Of a stretch of 49,712 bases of DNA, positions 11,443-20,537 are shown one piece after another (position 1 is the stretch's first letter; every line of letters begins with the position of its first letter). The stretch comes from Streptococcus mitis. GTDB taxonomy: Bacteria; Bacillota; Bacilli; Lactobacillales; Streptococcaceae. Both the position numbers and the translations under genes were made by a program. Where the stretch lies: assembly GCA_032565555.1 (NCBI GenBank), contig JAWHFN010000001.1, forward strand, positions 1-49,712, written 5' to 3'. Under the pieces are notes generated by a model, which was not told the origin of the DNA, ran no database searches, and saw only the letters and a list, made by a program, of their open reading frames with translations.

Positions 11443-12921
11443 ATGAAAAACTGGAAAAAATATGCTTTTGCATCTGCTAGTGTAGTCGCTTTGGCTGCAG
11501 GTCTTGCTGCTTGTGGAAATTTGACAGGTAACAGCAAAAAAGCTGCTGATTCAGGTGACAAACCTGTTATCAAAATGTACCAAATCGGTGACAAACCAGA
11601 CAACTTGGATGAATTGTTAGCAAATGCCAACAAAATCATCGAAGAAAAAGTTGGTGCCAAATTGGATATCCAATACCTTGGCTGGGGTGACTATGGTAAG
11701 AAAATGTCAGTTATCACATCATCTGGTGAAAACTATGATATCGCCTTTGCAGATAACTACATTGTAAATGCTCAAAAAGGTGCTTATGCTGACTTGACAG
11801 AATTGTACAAAAAAGAAGGTAAAGACCTTTACAAAGCACTTGACCCAGCCTACATCAAGGGTAATACTGTAAACGGTAAGATTTACGCTGTTCCAGTTGC
11901 AGCCAACGTTGCATCATCTCAAAACTTTGCCTTCAACGGAACTCTCCTTGCCAAATATGGTATCGATATTTCAGGTGTTACTTCTTACGAAACTCTTGAG
12001 CCAGTCTTGAAACAAATTAAAGAAAAAGCTCCAGACGTAGTACCATTTGCAGCTACTAAGAACTTCATCCCTTCTGAGAACTTTGACTATCCAGTAGCAA
12101 ACGGGCTTCCATTCGTTATTGACCTTGAAGGGGATACTACTAAGATTGTAAACCGTTATGACGTTCCTCGTTTCAAAGAACACTTAAAGACTCTTCACAA
12201 ATTCTATGAAGCTGGCTACATTCCAAAAGACGTAGCAACAAGCGATACTTCATTTGACCTTCAACAAGATACTTGGTTCGTTCGTGAAGAAACAGTAGGA
12301 CCAGCTGACTACGGTAACAGCTTGCTTTCACGTGTTGCCAACAAAGATATCCAAATCAAATCATTCACTAACTTCATTAAGAAAAACCAAACAACACAAG
12401 TTGCTAACTTTGTCATCTCAAACAACTCTAAGAACAAAGAAAAATCAATGGAAGTGTTGAACCTCTTGAATACGAACCCAGAACTTTTGAACGGTCTTGT
12501 TTACGGTCCAGAAGGCAAGAACTGGGAAAAAATTGAAGGTAAAGAAAACCGTGTTCGCGTTCTTGATGGCTACAAAGGAAACACTCACATGGGTGGATGG
12601 AACACTGGTAACAACTGGATCCTTTACATCAACGAAAACGTTACAGACCAACAAATTGCAGATTCTAAGAAAGAATTGGCAGAAGCTAAAGAATCTCCAG
12701 CGCTTGGATTTATCTTTAATACTGACAATGTGAAATCTGAAATCTCAGCTATTTCTAACACAATGCAACAATTCGATACAGCTATCAACACTGGTACTGT
12801 AGACCCAGATAAAGCGATTCCAGAATTGATGGAAAAATTGAAATCTGAAGGTGCCTACGAAAAAGTATTGAACGAAATGCAAAAACAATACGATGAATTC
12901 TTGAAAAACAAAAAATCATAA
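11443..12921 (+). CDS. ngtS: N-glycan ABC transporter substrate-binding lipoprotein
   Basis: Lipobox LAAC, solute-binding protein-like sequence, RBS AGGAG before ATG 11443. Confidence 0.85.
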   Translation: MKNWKKYAFASASVVALAAGLAACGNLTGNSKKAADSGDKPVIKMYQIGDKPDNLDELLANANKIIEEKVGAKLDIQYLGWGDYGKKMSVITSSGENYDIAFADNYIVNAQKGAYADLTELYKKEGKDLYKALDPAYIKGNTVNGKIYAVPVAANVASSQNFAFNGTLLAKYGIDISGVTSYETLEPVLKQIKEKAPDVVPFAATKNFIPSENFDYPVANGLPFVIDLEGDTTKIVNRYDVPRFKEHLKTLHKFYEAGYIPKDVATSDTSFDLQQDTWFVREETVGPADYGNSLLSRVANKDIQIKSFTNFIKKNQTTQVANFVISNNSKNKEKSMEVLNLLNTNPELLNGLVYGPEGKNWEKIEGKENRVRVLDGYKGNTHMGGWNTGNNWILYINENVTDQQIADSKKELAEAKESPALGFIFNTDNVKSEISAISNTMQQFDTAINTGTVDPDKAIPELMEKLKSEGAYEKVLNEMQKQYDEFLKNKKS

Positions 12922-12964
12922 GATCAATTGATTTCGTGTATTCATTCCTAATTCCTAAAATAAG

Positions 12965-13010
12965 AATCACTGCTTTCCTCAGGTTGGTCTGGGGAAGGCA
13001 GTGATTTTTT
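12965..13010 (+). terminator. Terminator after ngtS
   Basis: AATCACTGC.../...GCAGTGATT stem followed by a T run. Confidence 0.7.
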
Positions 13011-13184
13011 GAAACAAAAACATAGATATCCGTGTTTCTTATCACTATTTAACCATTCAGGAAATTTCGAGAACCCTCTACAATTTCCAGTCAAATAAAT
13101 TGCATTCGTTTTCTCAAGCAGGTATACTAGTATGGATAAATAAAAAATTTAGAAAATTTAAGAATAGAAAAGAGAACAAATCTT

Positions 13185-14171
13185 ATGGCAAAAGATATTC
13201 GTGTCTTACTTTACTACCTTTATACTCCAATTGAAAATGCAGAGCAATTTGCTGCAGACCACTTGGCTTTCTGTAAATCAATCGGCCTTAAAGGCCGTAT
13301 CCTAGTCGCTGACGAGGGAATTAACGGGACAGTTTCAGGTGACTACGAAACAACTCAAAAATACATGGACTATGTTCACAGCCTCCCAGGCATGGAAGAT
13401 CTCTGGTTCAAGATTGACGAAGAAAATGAACAAGCCTTCAAGAAGATGTTTGTTCGCTACAAGAAAGAAATTGTCCACCTTGGTTTGGAAGACAACGACT
13501 TTGACAATGACATCAACCCACTTGAAACAACAGGTGCCTACTTGTCTCCAAAAGAGTTCAAAGAAGCCCTTCTTGATAAAGATACCGTTGTCCTTGACAC
13601 ACGTAACGATTACGAGTACGACCTAGGACATTTCCGTGGGGCTATCCGCCCGGACATCCGCAACTTCCGTGAATTGCCACAATGGGTTCGTGATAACAAG
13701 GAAAAATTCATGGACAAGCGTGTCGTGGTTTACTGTACAGGTGGCGTTCGCTGTGAGAAATTCTCAGGCTGGATGGTCCGTGAAGGTTACAAAGATGTCG
13801 GCCAATTGCACGGAGGAATCGCAACTTACGGTAAAGACCCAGAAGTTCAAGGTGAGCTTTGGGATGGGAAAATGTACGTATTTGATGAGCGTATCGCCGT
13901 TGATGTCAACCATGTCAACCCAACTATCGTAGGGAAAGACTGGTTTGATGGAACACCATGTGAACGTTATGTCAACTGTGGAAATCCATTCTGTAACCGT
14001 CGTATCTTGACATCAGAAGAAAATGAAGACAAGTACCTTCGTGGATGCTCACACGAGTGCCGTGTTCACCCACGTAACCGCTATGTTTCAGAAAATGAAT
14101 TGACACAAGCTGAAGTGATTGAGCGCCTAGCCGCTATCGGTGAAAGCTTGGATCAAGTAGCTACTGTATAA
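13185..14171 (+). CDS. trhO: Rhodanese-domain tRNA U34 hydroxylase (UPF0176)
   Basis: Motifs [32 protein letters not shown] and a Cys-rich C-terminus. Confidence 0.85.
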   Translation: MAKDIRVLLYYLYTPIENAEQFAADHLAFCKSIGLKGRILVADEGINGTVSGDYETTQKYMDYVHSLPGMEDLWFKIDEENEQAFKKMFVRYKKEIVHLGLEDNDFDNDINPLETTGAYLSPKEFKEALLDKDTVVLDTRNDYEYDLGHFRGAIRPDIRNFRELPQWVRDNKEKFMDKRVVVYCTGGVRCEKFSGWMVREGYKDVGQLHGGIATYGKDPEVQGELWDGKMYVFDERIAVDVNHVNPTIVGKDWFDGTPCERYVNCGNPFCNRRILTSEENEDKYLRGCSHECRVHPRNRYVSENELTQAEVIERLAAIGESLDQVATV

Positions 14172-14292
14172 GATCAAACAGTCCTTAGGGGCTGTTTTTC
14201 TATGCTTTGTACTCAAAAATCTAAAGTTTGTTTCTGTATCTTTCAGAAAAATAAGGTATACTGTATGTAAACGATTTCAAAGGAGTTTAGTT

Positions 14293-15153
14293 ATGGCGAA
14301 AACATTTTTTATTCCAAATAAACAGAGCATTTTAGGAGAACAGGAGATTTTGACTGCCAAGTCCATCTTGGCCTTGGTAGATGGTTTGGAGTCACATAGC
14401 TATGATGCTGTCTATCTCCGTCAGCCTCTTAACCGTCTTGAGTATATCGAGTGTGCGATAGTGGAGCAATCGCAATTTCTTTTTAAGGTCAGTTATGCTG
14501 ATGGTCAAAAGGCTTACCGTGTTGATCTTCCTGACCTACTAACGAAGACAGACTGGGAGATCATCAAATCATTTTTAGAAGCCCTACTTGCTTATACAGG
14601 AACTGAGATTGAAGGACTAGATGGTTTTGATTTTGAAGCTTATTTCCAAGAAAGTATTCAAGCCCATCTGACAGATAATGCAGCTCGTTTTACGATTTGC
14701 CAAGGAATTTTTAATCCTGTTTTCTTTAGTCATGAGGACTTGAAAAGCTTTTTAGAGGAAGATGGTTTGGCACAGTTTGAAGCACGTGTACGTGCAGTTC
14801 AAGAGACAGATGCTTACTTTGCAAGAGTTTCCTTCTATCAGGATGGAGAAGGCCAAGTGCACGGTGTTTACCATCTGGCTCAAGGCGTCAAGACTGTTTT
14901 ACCGAGAGAACCATTTGTTCCTGCTGCCTATATGGAGCAATTGGTGGATAAGGAAGTCCAGTGGGAGATTGACTTGGTTCAAATTACAGGAGATGGCTCT
15001 AAACCAGAAGACTATGAAGCTATCGCTCGCTTGGACTATGCAAAATTCCTAGAGTCACTACCATCAGCATTTTACCACCAACTAGATGCCAATCAATTAG
15101 AAGTGCAACCCATCTTAGACAAAGATTTTAAATCATTAGCACAAGAAGAGTAA
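14293..15153 (+). CDS. Conserved streptococcal hypothetical protein (DUF4299-like)
   Basis: 286-aa ORF with RBS AGGAG in the syntenic position. Confidence 0.65.
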   Translation: MAKTFFIPNKQSILGEQEILTAKSILALVDGLESHSYDAVYLRQPLNRLEYIECAIVEQSQFLFKVSYADGQKAYRVDLPDLLTKTDWEIIKSFLEALLAYTGTEIEGLDGFDFEAYFQESIQAHLTDNAARFTICQGIFNPVFFSHEDLKSFLEEDGLAQFEARVRAVQETDAYFARVSFYQDGEGQVHGVYHLAQGVKTVLPREPFVPAAYMEQLVDKEVQWEIDLVQITGDGSKPEDYEAIARLDYAKFLESLPSAFYHQLDANQLEVQPILDKDFKSLAQEE

Positions 15154-15223
15154 AGCAGAAGCAGGTCAATCGACTTGCTTTTTGATATATAAAAAATCCT
15201 GCCATGGATGACAGGATTGAATC

Positions 15224-16288
15224 TTAAAGAAAGGCCAAGATACGAAGATAATCCCCAATCAGTGCCACTTCAGCTACAAAGAAGAGGAGGATAATGACTC
15301 CGTTCACAAGGACAGACAAGAATAACTGATAGAAGGAGTCGGTTTCACTTGCTTGACTAGGTCTCGTAATGATATGGAGGCTAGCAAGCAGAATGATTCC
15401 AATGCTAATCACACACAGGAGGGCTGTAAATCGTAGGCTGTCAAAGAAGGCAAAGAAACTAGCAGTAGCAGTGAGGAAGATTGGAATTGCCAAGAGTTGA
15501 CTATATTGTTGGACAACCTTTTCTAGCGTCCAGTCCTTTTCTTGGTAGATAAATCGTCTCACAACGAAACTACCCAAGAGGAATGAAAAGAAGAAGAGTG
15601 TTGTTGCTACTAGGATAGAGATAATCGAAAAGAGATTTAATGAAGCAAATTGTTCAGGGAAGTGATTATGCATAGTTGCTATATGTCCATAGTAAGCATG
15701 TTTGATGTGGTAGATACTAAAGAAAAAGGAGGATGCAGAAAACAGAATGAGCAAGAGGAAAGCTGTATAACTGTGTGTGCTACTTGTTTCAAGACTGCTT
15801 GTAGGAGATTTGATCGCTTCCACTAGCCAAGACCAAAAATCAAGTACTTGCTCTTTCCATTTATCCGTCGATTTTGGAGCTTGGTCGGGGATATAGGGAC
15901 TTTCTAAGGATTTACTGAGAAGAAGCGGCTCTTTCATGGTTGTTTTTTGCTGAGGAAGAGCTTCTTGGCTTTCTTCAGCCATAGTGACTTTTTCTGTTTC
16001 TTTAGGAAGGTCTGGCTCTTCTTCAGTAGAATTAGATGCCTTCTTTTCTTCTATTTCTGTTCTCGCTTCACCGTCTTCAGGAGTTTCAATTTTTTCTTCT
16101 TGCTGGCTTTCCAATTCGACTGCAGCTTGAGAGACTTCCTCCTCTACTTGAGTATTTTTTTCAATTGGCGTATTGAGATCAGCTATCGTTTCTTCAGCCT
16201 TGTCTGCAACCTCTTGAGCTTGCTCTTCAGGCTTGTTCTTGCTTGTTGTTTTTACAAAATCATTACTTTCAAACCATTCTTGTTTCAT
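15224..16288 (-). CDS. Membrane protein with acidic N-terminus and C-terminal TM segments
   Basis: Glu-rich N-terminal half, about 5-6 hydrophobic segments, RBS AGGAGG. Confidence 0.75.
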   Translation of the reverse strand: MKQEWFESNDFVKTTSKNKPEEQAQEVADKAEETIADLNTPIEKNTQVEEEVSQAAVELESQQEEKIETPEDGEARTEIEEKKASNSTEEEPDLPKETEKVTMAEESQEALPQQKTTMKEPLLLSKSLESPYIPDQAPKSTDKWKEQVLDFWSWLVEAIKSPTSSLETSSTHSYTAFLLLILFSASSFFFSIYHIKHAYYGHIATMHNHFPEQFASLNLFSIISILVATTLFFFSFLLGSFVVRRFIYQEKDWTLEKVVQQYSQLLAIPIFLTATASFFAFFDSLRFTALLCVISIGIILLASLHIITRPSQASETDSFYQLFLSVLVNGVIILLFFVAEVALIGDYLRILAFL

Positions 16289-16350
16289 GGTAGAACCTCC
16301 TTTTTAGTTAGATAAATATGCTTCTATAGTAGCAGATGTAAGCGTTTTTG

Positions 16351-17262
16351 TCAACGTCTGCTTGGTGTGGATATTAGTTCAATATCATCATCAGATCTCG
16401 CAATGAGTTGATCCTTGACATCGGTTTTTTCAGTTTTGTAAGGGTTGCTTAATTCCGTACCTCTTGATTCAGGCTCTTCTCTTGTGAATTGGAAGATAGA
16501 ACCGTAGTTACTTGAGATGTCCAAGTTAATTCGTTGGCTTTCTTTCTGGTCTAGGATGATTCGGAGATAATCTTTGGCAGTCAGTTCAACCTTACCATGG
16601 ACTTGGATATTTTCAGCGTGGAAGTGATGTTCTGTTGACTCTAGCTGACTATCTGTAAGATCTGTATCAAAGATATTAACGATATTGGGCGTTGTGAGTT
16701 TACTGTTTTTGATACGACTTCCTTCAATTCGGAGGATATAGCCGTTTGTATTGAGGGTCGCATTTTCAAGGCTAGCATTTATGATGGTGGTTTGTCCGCG
16801 ATTGGCTGAGATGTTGATCCCTTTTAGAGTTCTCCCTTTCGGTAGTCCGATGATGACATCATTAAAACGATTAGATGAACTACTTACAATATGGAGAATC
16901 CCATCAATTCCAGAAGAGATAAATGGACTTTCGGACAGTTTCTTATCAGTGAGACTCAGAGTTCTATCGTTCTGATTGGTGATAAGATCATGGTGAGCAG
17001 AAAGTGATGGATGGTAAGAAATGTGGATTTGATCATCGAAAGAGTCTGTGATGGTCAGTGCGTGTTGATGGAGCGTGATCTCTAGGTTTTCGACTTCCTT
17101 GCCAAAGGTCAACTCTTCCATCCGACTATCATAGACAGGCTCCTTGGACATGGAAAGTAGGCTCTTAATCCCGTCAGATTGGATACCTACAAAAAGCAGG
17201 ATAAAGCCGATAACGGTAGTCACCACACCAAAAATGAGAAATCCTTTTGTCAATTTACGCAT
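16351..17262 (-). CDS. DUF4097-family beta-repeat protein with N-terminal TM
   Basis: Start MRKLTKGF overlaps the DUF1700 end. This is the usual PadR-DUF1700-DUF4097 arrangement. Confidence 0.75.
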   Translation of the reverse strand: MRKLTKGFLIFGVVTTVIGFILLFVGIQSDGIKSLLSMSKEPVYDSRMEELTFGKEVENLEITLHQHALTITDSFDDQIHISYHPSLSAHHDLITNQNDRTLSLTDKKLSESPFISSGIDGILHIVSSSSNRFNDVIIGLPKGRTLKGINISANRGQTTIINASLENATLNTNGYILRIEGSRIKNSKLTTPNIVNIFDTDLTDSQLESTEHHFHAENIQVHGKVELTAKDYLRIILDQKESQRINLDISSNYGSIFQFTREEPESRGTELSNPYKTEKTDVKDQLIARSDDDIELISTPSRR

Positions 17263-17848
17263 GCTGGTCACCTCTCTTTCCTTTTTTGAGAACCAATTGC
17301 ACCAAGCGAACAATGAGTAGACCGAAGAAGCGAGCTACATAGGAGATACCTAGTAAGACTAGTGAAGAAGCACCGATAGCCAGTAAACCAGAACCGAAAA
17401 TCAAGATAAAGGCTGGTTTGGCTTGGGCTAGGACAGTGAAACTTTCAACTAAAAATAGGAATCCGCCGATGATACCCAGTATGGAAACCGCAAAGAAAGC
17501 TAGAATGACAGTCAAGGCTGCCACAAGGATTGCGAACAGAGACACGAGGATGGCGATTCCCAGAGGAATCCCGATGGGTGCTGCAAGGAGGGCTAACAAG
17601 GCGATATGCAAAATTTGTCGGTTATTCTTTTGAGCAGGTGCTTCATTGATTTTTTTATCGAGAAGATTGGAGAGAACTTCGTGAGCTGCTTCCTTAGGAG
17701 TTCCCAAGCTAGCGATGAGTTCTTCCTCTCCTTCGACTCCAGCATCGTCAAAGAGTTCCCTGAAATAGTCCATGGCTTCAATTTGGTCAGCCTGAGGCAG
17801 TTTTTTGAGATAAAGTTCTAGCTGAGTCAGGTATTCAGTTCTTGTCAT
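17255..17848 (-). CDS. DUF1700 (HAAS-domain) membrane protein
   Basis: MTRTEYLTQLELYL...DYFRELFDDAG...LGTPKEAA followed by TM segments. Confidence 0.82.
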   Translation of the reverse strand: MTRTEYLTQLELYLKKLPQADQIEAMDYFRELFDDAGVEGEEELIASLGTPKEAAHEVLSNLLDKKINEAPAQKNNRQILHIALLALLAAPIGIPLGIAILVSLFAILVAALTVILAFFAVSILGIIGGFLFLVESFTVLAQAKPAFILIFGSGLLAIGASSLVLLGISYVARFFGLLIVRLVQLVLKKGKRGDQHA

Positions 17849-18161
17849 GGCGGATACTCCCTTCTATGATGCCATTAATGGTGTCTGTATAGAGTGCCCA
17901 TTCATCTTTTAGGGTCAAGAGCTGTTCTATACCACCATTTGTCAAGGAGTAGTATTTGCGCATGCGACCTTGGAACTCTCTAGAATAGGTTGTCAGAAAG
18001 CTATTGCCTTCCAATTTTTTGAGAATGGGATAGAGTGTGGATTCTTTGATATTAGCGATGAGCTTAATGGTTTGGCTAATCTCATAACCATAAGAATCAC
18101 CCTGCTCCAGTACGGCCAAGATGAGAAATTCAATCAAGGCAGAGGATGTTGGAAAGTACAT
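17835..18161 (-). CDS. PadR-family transcriptional regulator
   Basis: Motifs SYGYEI, ESTLYPILKKLE and RKYYSLT. Confidence 0.92.
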   Translation of the reverse strand: MYFPTSSALIEFLILAVLEQGDSYGYEISQTIKLIANIKESTLYPILKKLEGNSFLTTYSREFQGRMRKYYSLTNGGIEQLLTLKDEWALYTDTINGIIEGSIRHDKN

Positions 18162-18217
18162 GGGAAACCTCCTTTTCTAATGTGTAAGATTTTTATATAT
18201 AATTTTTCTACACATAC

Positions 18218-18246
18218 ATTGTACATCTAAATGAAAGCCCTGTCAA
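18218..18246 (-). promoter_or_regulatory. Sigma70 promoter of the padR operon
   Basis: Minus strand TTGACA-17 nt-TACAAT. Confidence 0.75.
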
Positions 18247-18300
18247 GAGAAATGTATAAAATTTTTATATATAAAAAAACTTCTAGGAAAAACTAGAAGT

Positions 18301-19467
18301 TTAGAGAATTTTATCAGCTCTGTCTACTGTAAAGAGGGCTACAGTCATCAGAATATCGACGAGCAAGAGGGCAGCTACAGCTGGTACCCAAGAGTGGAAA
18401 AGGTCAAAACTGTACCCAAAGAGAGTCGGCCCAAAGGCTGCTAGGATATAGCCTCCTGTTTGAGATAAACCAGACAATTGGGCAGTCTTTTCAGGGGCGC
18501 TTGTCTTGAGTGAAAAGTTGACCATGAGATAAGGGAAGAGGGCGCTTGTTGCGGTTCCGATGAGGAGATGGATGGCAAGCCAGTAAAAGAAATTACCGAC
18601 TGGGAAAAAGAGCATGGAAATGCCGACCACACCAGCTAGTGAAACCAGAGTGAGCATGAGCTGACGGTTGCGAGTAGATAAGCTGGTTGTCAGGCTTGGA
18701 ATGGTCATTGAAAAAGGGATGCTAATCAGCGAGAAGATAGATGTCAGCAAGCCAGCTTCGTGGCTGGATAGGCCTGCGTGGATAGCCATGGTAGGTAGCC
18801 AGGTCATAGCAGTGTAAAAGAGCAAGGATTGAAAACCTGCAAAGACAATCACTGCCCAGACCTGTTTATTACGCATGACCTTTGTTTGGCTTTTTTGTTT
18901 GGTTTGTGGAGCCAGTCTGTGATTGTAGCGGTGATTTGGGAGCCAGACCAAAAAAGTTGCTAGGCAGAGCAGGGTGAGGAGGATGATAAGTCCTTTCCAA
19001 GAACTGGCTTGTGTAATAGGTACGGCTAGATAGGAAGCCAGAGCCGTTGCAATCCCCATAGAAGTTACATATAAGGTAGTCAGAAAACCAATTTTCTTTG
19101 GTTGATTGGCTTGGATGAGACTAGGAAGCAGCACATTGATGACTGCGATACTTGCCCCAACCATCAAGGTTCCTAGATAGAGCAGGGGCAGATTGATTAG
19201 TCGAATGAGAGAGCCAATGGTCAAGAAGAAGAGGCTGTAGGTAAAGAGATGCTCCAAGCCGATTTTCTGAGCCAGTCGGGTAGAAAATAGCGAGAAGAGG
19301 GTGAACATGAGGAGAGGCAGGCTGGTCAAGACACCAAGTGAACTAACTTCTACCCCCAGACCTTGCGAAATATCTCCCAAAATAATGGGTAAAACAGTAA
19401 AAGGAGTCCGCAAGGAAACACCAATCAGGATAATACCTGGAACAAAAAAGAGTGATTGCTTTTTCAT
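18301..19467 (-). CDS. MFS transporter (CynX/NimT-like)
   Basis: About 12 TM segments, with LTSLPLL and LSGLSQTGGY motifs. Confidence 0.85.
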   Translation of the reverse strand: MKKQSLFFVPGIILIGVSLRTPFTVLPIILGDISQGLGVEVSSLGVLTSLPLLMFTLFSLFSTRLAQKIGLEHLFTYSLFFLTIGSLIRLINLPLLYLGTLMVGASIAVINVLLPSLIQANQPKKIGFLTTLYVTSMGIATALASYLAVPITQASSWKGLIILLTLLCLATFLVWLPNHRYNHRLAPQTKQKSQTKVMRNKQVWAVIVFAGFQSLLFYTAMTWLPTMAIHAGLSSHEAGLLTSIFSLISIPFSMTIPSLTTSLSTRNRQLMLTLVSLAGVVGISMLFFPVGNFFYWLAIHLLIGTATSALFPYLMVNFSLKTSAPEKTAQLSGLSQTGGYILAAFGPTLFGYSFDLFHSWVPAVAALLLVDILMTVALFTVDRADKIL

Positions 19468-19621
19468 AAAATACCTCTTCTAGCTGATTTTAATAACAGC
19501 TTATTTTAAGGCTTTTTCACTATAATGTCAAGTAAGGTTTCTGGCTTTCAAGATAAAAATGGGAAAGTCTTGAAAATTATGATAAAATAGTGGAAGGAAA
19601 TCTATACATTGGAGAAAAACT

Positions 19622-20452
19622 GTGTCTGAAAAGCAAAAAATCAGCGTATTGATGTCGGTCTATATCAAGGAAAATCCGACATTTTTAAAGGATGCTATTG
19701 AGAGTGTTCAAAATCAGACCCTGAAACCGAGCGAGTTGGTTCTGGTTGAGGATGGACCTTTGACACCTGAGCTCTATCAGGTGTTAGACCAGGTGGAGGC
19801 TGAGTCTGAAATTCCAGTGAAACGCTGTCCTCTTGAGCAGAATCAAGGTTTGGGTCTGGCTCTTCGACAGGGTGTTTTGCAGTGTCAGTACGATATTATT
19901 GCCCGTATGGATACGGATGATATAGCTGTTCCAGACCGTTTTGAGAAACAGGTTCAGCTAATGGAGAAGAACAACCTCGACCTATTAGGTGGACATATTG
20001 CAGAGTTTATTGACAATCCTGATGAGATTGTTTCTTACCGTCGTGTTCCGACTCAACATGCAGATATTGTGGCTTATCAAAGAATGAGAAGTGCCTTTAA
20101 CCACATGACTGTTATGTTCAAGAAGGACATGGTTCTCAAGGCAGGCAATTATGAGGATGGTCTTTATATGGAGGATGACCTCCTCTGGCTCAATATGATT
20201 GCTGCAGGAGCCAAGACTGGAAATCTGGATCAAATCTTGTGTAAGGTTCGTGTCGGAGCAGGGATGTTTGAGCGTCGTGGGGGACTGCGTTACCTCAAAC
20301 TCTATCGTCAGGCTCGTCAACGGATGCTGAAGAGAGGACAAATTTCTTACATGGAATATGCCAAGAGTGTTGCCATTCAGATGATTGTTGCCCTTTGTCC
20401 AGGATTTGTCAGACAGTTTATTTTTATGAAACTGTTAAGAAAAAGCAATTAA
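19622..20452 (+). CDS. GT2 glycosyltransferase, probably teichoic acid repeat-unit synthesis
   Basis: Motifs SVLMSVY, VEDGPL, ARMDTDD and MEDD. GTG start, adjacent to capD. Confidence 0.8.
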   Translation: MSEKQKISVLMSVYIKENPTFLKDAIESVQNQTLKPSELVLVEDGPLTPELYQVLDQVEAESEIPVKRCPLEQNQGLGLALRQGVLQCQYDIIARMDTDDIAVPDRFEKQVQLMEKNNLDLLGGHIAEFIDNPDEIVSYRRVPTQHADIVAYQRMRSAFNHMTVMFKKDMVLKAGNYEDGLYMEDDLLWLNMIAAGAKTGNLDQILCKVRVGAGMFERRGGLRYLKLYRQARQRMLKRGQISYMEYAKSVAIQMIVALCPGFVRQFIFMKLLRKSN

Positions 20453-20537
20453 AAGATTGTAGCAAATCGTAAACTAGAGAAAAAGTGTTATAATAACAAT
20501 ATAACCATTCGACTCTTTTAAGGAGGAGTAAATTTCT

